Made by a program: the position numbers and the translations under genes. From a virus, in the IMG/VR virus record IMGVR_UViG_3300035701_000003: DNA of 64,000 nt; one strand, 5' to 3'. The notes below the pieces were generated by a model that had not been told where the DNA came from, ran no database searches, and worked only from the letters and a program-made list of their open reading frames with translations. Positions 58,639 to 64,000 of this stretch are shown here, in pieces (position 1 is the stretch's first letter; each line of letters begins with the position of its first letter).

Positions 58639-58662
58639 AACTTTAGACTTAATCTCTATAAT
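58635..58662 (+). promoter_or_regulatory. Sigma70-type promoter upstream of the tail sheath gene
   Basis: TTGAAA (58635-58640), 16-nt spacer, TATAAT (58657-58662). Confidence 0.55.
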
Positions 58663-58739
58663 TATTGTTGTAAAGTAAAAAATTTGACGCGAAGAAGTTG
58701 TTTTTTGTGATTAGAAAAATTTAATTTTGGAGGAATATT

Positions 58740-60197
58740 ATGTCCGCTATTTATACCCCGCCAGGAGTGGATGTTGAAGTACTAGATAACCCCAGACTTA
58801 TCAATTTAGGCGAAGCCGCGAGAATTACAGCTATAGTAGGAATGGGACCTACCACAAGAATTGTAGCCGATGAGGCCCTTGTTAGAGGTACTGGTTCTAT
58901 TGATTACTTAAGTAACTATCCCGGTACTAATTTTAGCGTATCTCAGATAGCTGAGTATCCTGGTTTATATTCAGGACTTGTTAATTATATACTTCGTTCC
59001 TCTGGAGGAGGTTTATATAGTTTAGCTACCGCATCTATTAACGCTACTGGTTATATTACGTGGCCTGGAGGTACTGTTACTGATATACCTTCCGCAGGTA
59101 CTACTTATTACGTATCTTATACTTTTAATGTTCCTGATTCCCAATATACACCTTCCTTGTTTAACGATAAGCAGATGATTAAAGCTAAATTTGGTGCCGA
59201 AAGCGTATCAACAGGTATCCTTTCTATAGCTGGTTCTATTAACTTGGAGAACGGACCACCCGCAGTAATGTTATGTCAATCTCAGGGTTCTTCTTATAAT
59301 GAACAATCCTATAAGGATGCTATCGATAAGTTAAAAAAATATGATTTCGTCGAGCAGGTTGTAGTAGTATTTCCATCAGGTTCTGTAACTAGAGCACAGC
59401 AAGAAACTATTTTAACTTATGCTTTTAATCATGTATTAAGTATGGGGCAGAGCCGAAAAGAAAGAGGCCTTGTATCAGGTTCTCCTTCTTCACTTTACGC
59501 GTCTGGAGGTTTTGATATTATTGGCACTCCTGCAACTTCAGGTACCTATACATATAGGTCCACTGCAATCAAACAGAAGAATAGTATTTACGCGGTCCCT
59601 TCTGTTTGCTACAGAGTAGATGAAAGCGGAAATACCATGTTGTTAGATGGTAATTTTGCAGCTGCTGCTATTGCTGGAAAACAATGCTCTCAGCGTTTAA
59701 GAAGTACTCCTATTACTGGAATGGCTATTACAGGTGTTACGATGGATGATGAGAAATGGAACGATTCTGAAATGAATTTCCTCGCATCCAGTGGTTGTTT
59801 AGTATTACAAAGTAAATCTGGAATAATTAAAATAAGAGATGCTATTACAACAGATCCAGCAAATGCGGATACTCAAGAAATGAGTGTTATATCTCAGGAA
59901 AGATTAGTTAAAAGATCTTTAAGAAATGGTTTAGAGAATACCTACAAAGGTAAGGGTAAAGTTATATTACCGACAACTCCTAATGATGTTATAGCAACTA
60001 CTGAAGCTATATTAAGAACTTTAGTTAAAGAAGGAGAGATATACGGTTACGGAACTATTGATGATCCTGTTACAGGCGAGACTAAAATATCTGCTAAACA
60101 AAACTCAACGGAACCGAGAGCAATCGATGTGACATGCAGTGTGAAATACTTATACCCTTTAAAATGGATTCGCGTGACTGTCAGTACGTACGTCTAG
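58740..60197 (+). CDS. Contractile tail sheath protein
   Basis: YTPPGVDVE start; YKDAIDKL; TPITGM; IRDAITT; EPRAIDVTCSVKYLYPLKWI. Confidence 0.9.
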   Translation: MSAIYTPPGVDVEVLDNPRLINLGEAARITAIVGMGPTTRIVADEALVRGTGSIDYLSNYPGTNFSVSQIAEYPGLYSGLVNYILRSSGGGLYSLATASINATGYITWPGGTVTDIPSAGTTYYVSYTFNVPDSQYTPSLFNDKQMIKAKFGAESVSTGILSIAGSINLENGPPAVMLCQSQGSSYNEQSYKDAIDKLKKYDFVEQVVVVFPSGSVTRAQQETILTYAFNHVLSMGQSRKERGLVSGSPSSLYASGGFDIIGTPATSGTYTYRSTAIKQKNSIYAVPSVCYRVDESGNTMLLDGNFAAAAIAGKQCSQRLRSTPITGMAITGVTMDDEKWNDSEMNFLASSGCLVLQSKSGIIKIRDAITTDPANADTQEMSVISQERLVKRSLRNGLENTYKGKGKVILPTTPNDVIATTEAILRTLVKEGEIYGYGTIDDPVTGETKISAKQNSTEPRAIDVTCSVKYLYPLKWIRVTVSTYV

Positions 60198-60266
60198 GCG
60201 TAAAAATTATGGAATCTTTGATATTGAAAATAAATCAATTTATATCTTCCGTTACCGTTAGCATCT

Positions 60267-60446
60267 ATGTATAATTGCTCAGCAATGGTAATATTTGCTT
60301 TATTGTTGATGTTTCTTTTAATAGTACACACAGCTATACTTTTTGTATTGACATCATTTTATAAAGCTTATATTAATAAAAAAGAAGAAAAGACATTACG
60401 TTTAACTAAGACGATAATTGTTCAAAAACTAAAAAAAGGAAAATAA
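60267..60446 (+). CDS. Small single-pass membrane protein (59 aa, below the track cutoff)
   Basis: MYNCSAMVIFALLLMFLLIVHTAILFVLTSF followed by a Lys-rich tail; the stop is 1 nt before the next ATG. Confidence 0.45.
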   Translation: MYNCSAMVIFALLLMFLLIVHTAILFVLTSFYKAYINKKEEKTLRLTKTIIVQKLKKGK

Positions 60447-60447
60447 C

Positions 60448-60765
60448 ATGTTCGAATTACAAGCAGATCAGTTTGGCCTTATAAATTATGCATTTACAGA
60501 TGATGACGGCGTAACTCCAGCGGATGTTACTTCTATCGATGTTACTTCTTCTAACCCGGAATTTTTAGAAGTAGTAGCAGAACCCAAGACCGAAGTAGGT
60601 ATATATCCCTACAGACTGAATCATAAAGGAATTGGGGTTGGTACCTTGGATATGTTCGCAGAAGCTTGGGTTGATAAACCACCGTTTACCGATCAAGAAG
60701 CTTTTTCGACTATTCCAAATATAGCTGAAGGTTTCTCTAAGAGCATTGTGATAAACGAATTATAA
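60448..60765 (+). CDS. Ig-like beta-sandwich protein
   Basis: VTSSNPEFLEV...GIGVGTL resembles bacterial Ig-like (Big) repeats. Confidence 0.45.
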   Translation: MFELQADQFGLINYAFTDDDGVTPADVTSIDVTSSNPEFLEVVAEPKTEVGIYPYRLNHKGIGVGTLDMFAEAWVDKPPFTDQEAFSTIPNIAEGFSKSIVINEL

Positions 60766-60812
60766 ACTTAAGTAACAGAAGTACTTAAATATTTTTAGAA
60801 GGAGTATTTTAA

Positions 60813-61265
60813 ATGACTAGAATCCCGAATACCACTACGGTTGCTTCCTACGCATATACTGTTAAAGCAAACGGTGATGTTATTGGTACTCTTCAAGGTT
60901 TCAATCCTACCGCAAATAGGACTCTTGAAAGAATAAGAGAAATCATGAACACTTTAGAAGATATTGTAGAAATAATACCTGGTAGAACTGAGTTTAGTAT
61001 TACTTTAGATAGGTTAGAAACTTATAATAAAAGTATGATGGAAGCTCTTGGTTTTTCTACTTTCGAGGATATCTCTAAAGTAACTGATCCTATTCAGATA
61101 GTAGAGGAAGTAAGAGGACCTGTATCTTCAGGACCTTCTACTAGAATTATTACTTATGAACGTTGCTGGATACAATCATGGGGCAAAACTATTAGGGAAG
61201 GTACTATTACCGTAACCGAAAACGTAACTCTTTGGCCCGAAAGAATCATAACTTCTAGACAATAA
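60813..61265 (+). CDS. Tail tube protein
   Basis: 150 aa after the sheath; IGTLQGF...IREI...EIIPG...ITLDR...ITYERCWIQSW. Confidence 0.8.
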   Translation: MTRIPNTTTVASYAYTVKANGDVIGTLQGFNPTANRTLERIREIMNTLEDIVEIIPGRTEFSITLDRLETYNKSMMEALGFSTFEDISKVTDPIQIVEEVRGPVSSGPSTRIITYERCWIQSWGKTIREGTITVTENVTLWPERIITSRQ

Positions 61266-61293
61266 TTACTTATAAACAAAAACAAGGTGTAAA

Positions 61294-61494
61294 ATGGACG
61301 ATCTCAAAAATAAAATTACCAATATTATAGCAATTTTAGTTGCTCTTGGTACCGTAATAGCAACCGCTCTTGACCGTGTGCCGGAAGGAGCGAAGTGGTA
61401 TATATGGGTAGGTGCCGTTGTAATAGCTGTTATAGCTTGGTTTGTTGGTAAAAATCCAGATGGTACTGCAAAAAAGAAACCCGTTATACAGTAA
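61294..61494 (+). CDS. Holin-like two-TM protein
   Basis: Two hydrophobic segments and a basic C-terminus (AKKKP). Confidence 0.5.
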   Translation: MDDLKNKITNIIAILVALGTVIATALDRVPEGAKWYIWVGAVVIAVIAWFVGKNPDGTAKKKPVIQ

Positions 61495-61534
61495 TGGGTT
61501 TAACCGCTAATTAAGTATTTTTTTTTAATACCAT

Positions 61535-61583
61535 GGAGAAGTCACTCTGAGTATTTTAATACTCATTTGACTTCTCCTTTTTT
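61535..61583 (+). terminator. Long two-stem hairpin with a T-tract
   Basis: GGAGAAGTCA / TGACTTCTCC outer stem plus TGAGTAT / ATACTCA inner stem, followed by TTTTTT. Confidence 0.75.
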
Positions 61584-61604
61584 ATTCAAACATACGAGGG
61601 CCTT

Positions 61605-62309
61605 ATGAGACTACAAGAAGTAATTCCTATTAACCCCGTCGCGAGTTCCTTAGAGGAATTAGGAGCTTTAGGGGGTACTGGTCTTTATAAAATAAAACCT
61701 TTTAAGGACTGGAAAGGAGCGCCCGTTTGGAAAGAGAAAATCTTTACTTTTCGGCTTTGTAACGCTGGAGAAATTTTGGATATAGCATCTACAGTTAAAA
61801 GTACTTCTGAGAATGAAAGAATCATAGATACTAAAATTGAAGTTCTATCTCGCGCTTTACATTTGGTAAATGAGAGTCCTTTAATATCCCAAGAGGAACT
61901 TACTAAGTATAACGAAAACAATAAAACCGAATTTTCCTCCCAAAGGGAATGGATTGCGGTATACTTAAAGAACTTAGAAAATGTAGTACTTAATAGATTA
62001 TATGCAATCTATGAGGCGTTGGAGTATAAACAAATTCGACAATTACAGGGAGTAGTTCAAAGCGGTATTAACGGGGTTAATTATCCTAAAGCCTTAATCC
62101 CTGAAGGTTCCCTATATTTACAATATTCGTTACCCGAAATACTTACTTCCGATGAAATAGCAAACAATCCCGATTACTTAGAATCATTTGATATAGAGGA
62201 AAAAAAAGAGAAAGAAGTAGCCTCTGTTCCTGAAGTCGAAGTAGAAAAACCTAATACTGGAGATTCTTTTGAGGAACGCAAACAACGAAGGGAAGAAGAA
62301 GGCTCTTAA
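61605..62309 (+). CDS. Putative tail assembly chaperone
   Basis: Lies between the tube and tape measure genes; FTFRLCNAGE...IEVLSRAL...VLNRLYAIY; acidic tail. Confidence 0.55.
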   Translation: MRLQEVIPINPVASSLEELGALGGTGLYKIKPFKDWKGAPVWKEKIFTFRLCNAGEILDIASTVKSTSENERIIDTKIEVLSRALHLVNESPLISQEELTKYNENNKTEFSSQREWIAVYLKNLENVVLNRLYAIYEALEYKQIRQLQGVVQSGINGVNYPKALIPEGSLYLQYSLPEILTSDEIANNPDYLESFDIEEKKEKEVASVPEVEVEKPNTGDSFEERKQRREEEGS

Positions 62310-62982
62310 AGTACAGTTTAGTTATGATGATATAACTAATCTTCTTTTTAACAACCAGTTTCCTAAATATGAAACTTATCCTTTCAAGAAATGGAAACAT
62401 TCCCTTTTAAGAAATATTCCCGTTGCTTTTGAAATAAGACATTCTGATAGGAGTAATATTGCTCCTAAGAACTTGCTTTCCGCTAAAATATACTTAAACC
62501 ATAACCTTTTAAAAACACCTTCTTTACTTTCGTTACCCCCTGTAGTTTTTTACTATTTAGTGGATGCTTACGCAGAAGTTCATACAATTTGGCAGGAATA
62601 TTTTTATGAGAATATTTCTGAATATTGTAAAAATCCTTTTTCTATTGTTAAATGGAATGAAGTAAAATATAATGGAATTCCTGGAAAAAGAACCGTTGAG
62701 AAGGCTATATGGGTTACTACTTGTGCTACTAAGGATAGAGAATTTTGGATGGATTTTGCTATCTCTATGAGAGAAAGTTTGTTAGGCTGGCTAAACCCTA
62801 AAATGTATGAAGTTTACCAGCAAAAGAAAGAAAAAACCAGGTATAATGTAAAGTATGATGAATTTCGATTGGCTATGGCAGAAGGAAGAATAAAAGATTT
62901 AGATGGCAAGTTACCAGATGATATATTAGAACCGGTAGATGAAAACAGCTTTTCAAATGAAGATTACGATATAGTGAAATAA
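62269..62982 (+). CDS. Putative second tail chaperone ORF (+1 frame overlap)
   Basis: Overlaps the upstream ORF by 41 nt; TTG start with GGAGA upstream; precedes the tape measure gene. Confidence 0.45.
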   Translation: MRNANNEGKKKALKVQFSYDDITNLLFNNQFPKYETYPFKKWKHSLLRNIPVAFEIRHSDRSNIAPKNLLSAKIYLNHNLLKTPSLLSLPPVVFYYLVDAYAEVHTIWQEYFYENISEYCKNPFSIVKWNEVKYNGIPGKRTVEKAIWVTTCATKDREFWMDFAISMRESLLGWLNPKMYEVYQQKKEKTRYNVKYDEFRLAMAEGRIKDLDGKLPDDILEPVDENSFSNEDYDIVK

Positions 62983-62983
62983 G

Positions 62984-64000
62984 ATGGCTAAAGAAACCCC
63001 AGAACAAAATGTGAATTTTCAAGTTACAGGAGCTGAAAAGTTAGTAGGGGTTACTGCTGCTCTACAAGATTTCTCCAGCGTGCTTCAACAATTATTATCC
63101 AATCCTTTAGGGGGCGGCTATGTAGCTAGAAGAGCTCATGATATGCTGATGGATAATTTTGTAAAACCTATGAAGGAGTTTAAAAACCTAACTAAAGAAC
63201 AACAATTTGAATTAGATAAATTAGTAGCAAGATCTAGAAATTTAACTACTATAGCTGGTGTTATTACCAGTTTAGCCTTAGGAATGACCGAATTAGTAAG
63301 ATCTACTAGAGTAGCTTCCGCTGAGTTGGGACGATTTTTTAGTTTAGATAATTTACCAGGTGGCGCAAAGACTTTATACAGAGGACAATTAAATTTACAA
63401 AAAGAGACTTTATTAAAATCTTTAGAATATAATGAAGCTTTTGCTAAAGACTATGAAGATATATATAAGGAATTAGCTCGTAAAATAAAGGCGGATATGC
63501 CTAATGCTGATGATCTTAAAATAAAAGATCTTATTGAACAATTAGCTATCCTGCAAAAAGGCACCGGTGTTTCTATACAACCGTTTGTACAGTTAAGAGA
63601 TTCTTTAGAATCTTTTGGTATTGAAATAGAGGATGTTACGTATTTATATAAGTTACTGATATCTGAAACGGTTGCAAAGGGGGGTAAATTTCAAGAATTT
63701 AGTCCTCAAGAAATTATTGAGTTGTTTATAGGAGCTGTACTAAATAGAAGAGGAGGAACATTACCGCAAGAAACTATACGCCAAACTCTTACTTTAGCTG
63801 AAACTTATGGTCCTATTGCAGGACCTCGTCAAATAGAACAACTTCAAACTATAATCCCCGGCTTTCAAAACGAATTAGAAAACAATATGAAAGCTCAGAC
63901 GCTTTTTGGTATTACCCCCTCTATGATGAGGGGTACTGAAGGAGCTGTTAATATAGTGAATTCTCTGATTAAGTTTATGCATAAGCAAACAGGAGGGAAA
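62984..64000 (+). CDS. Probable tape measure protein, 3'-truncated (absent from the ORF track)
   Basis: ATG at 62984 (MAKETPEQNVNFQVTG...) is open to the window end; helical composition; follows the tube and chaperone genes. Confidence 0.7.
   Translation, partial: MAKETPEQNVNFQVTGAEKLVGVTAALQDFSSVLQQLLSNPLGGGYVARRAHDMLMDNFVKPMKEFKNLTKEQQFELDKLVARSRNLTTIAGVITSLALGMTELVRSTRVASAELGRFFSLDNLPGGAKTLYRGQLNLQKETLLKSLEYNEAFAKDYEDIYKELARKIKADMPNADDLKIKDLIEQLAILQKGTGVSIQPFVQLRDSLESFGIEIEDVTYLYKLLISETVAKGGKFQEFSPQEIIELFIGAVLNRRGGTLPQETIRQTLTLAETYGPIAGPRQIEQLQTIIPGFQNELENNMKAQTLFGITPSMMRGTEGAVNIVNSLIKFMHKQTGGK

Noticed and set aside
1417-61921. Remaining minus-strand track ORFs and short + strand out-of-frame ORFs (e.g. 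3979, 13102, 32115)
   Set aside because: They lie entirely or largely over well-supported + strand genes and show no motifs.
1-64000. Alternative genetic code, tRNA genes, integrase
   Set aside because: TAA, TAG and TGA all end well-formed genes; no cloverleaf or recombinase was recognised by eye.

Overview
An AT-rich 64-kb segment of a large contractile-tailed (myovirus-like) bacteriophage genome. All credible genes are on the + strand and read in the standard code. Order: (1) 1-13.5 kb: a 5'-truncated Gly-Tyr-Thr collagen-like fibre gene, two virion or lectin-like genes, a 1203-aa multi-enzyme glycosyltransferase, then baseplate wedge genes (gp25-like, baseplate J, wedge/LamG, fibre-like). 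(2) 13.8-34.2 kb: a glycosylation island with seven more glycosyltransferase genes, a cobalamin-dependent radical SAM enzyme, Gmd, two SDR epimerase/reductases, PanB, a YerE-like TPP enzyme and a ColD-like 3-dehydratase; macro-domain, Fic, DUF4406 and Dam genes are interspersed. (3) 34.2-58.6 kb: transcription, nucleotide and replication genes (sigma-70-family factor, a second sigma-like protein, class II RNR, SF2 helicase, DnaC-like loader, DnaB, split DnaG primase, UDG-PolA fusion with an intein, 5'-3' exonuclease), interleaved with a 7-deazaguanine DNA-modification set (folE2, queE, queC, dpdA/TGT-like) and a degenerate FolE2 paralogue. (4) 58.7-64 kb: tail sheath, tube, holin-like gene, tail chaperones and the start of a probable tape measure gene. 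The best candidate for a new system is a phage-encoded virion glycosylation apparatus. Its parts would be a Thr-rich collagen fibre whose repeat interruptions are nearly all N-X-T sequons, a five-module glycan assembly enzyme, and a pathway that could make a GDP-linked, C4-branched 3,6-dideoxysugar using a repurposed PanB. All family calls come from motif recognition by eye, with no database searches. No tRNA, rRNA or CRISPR array was seen.
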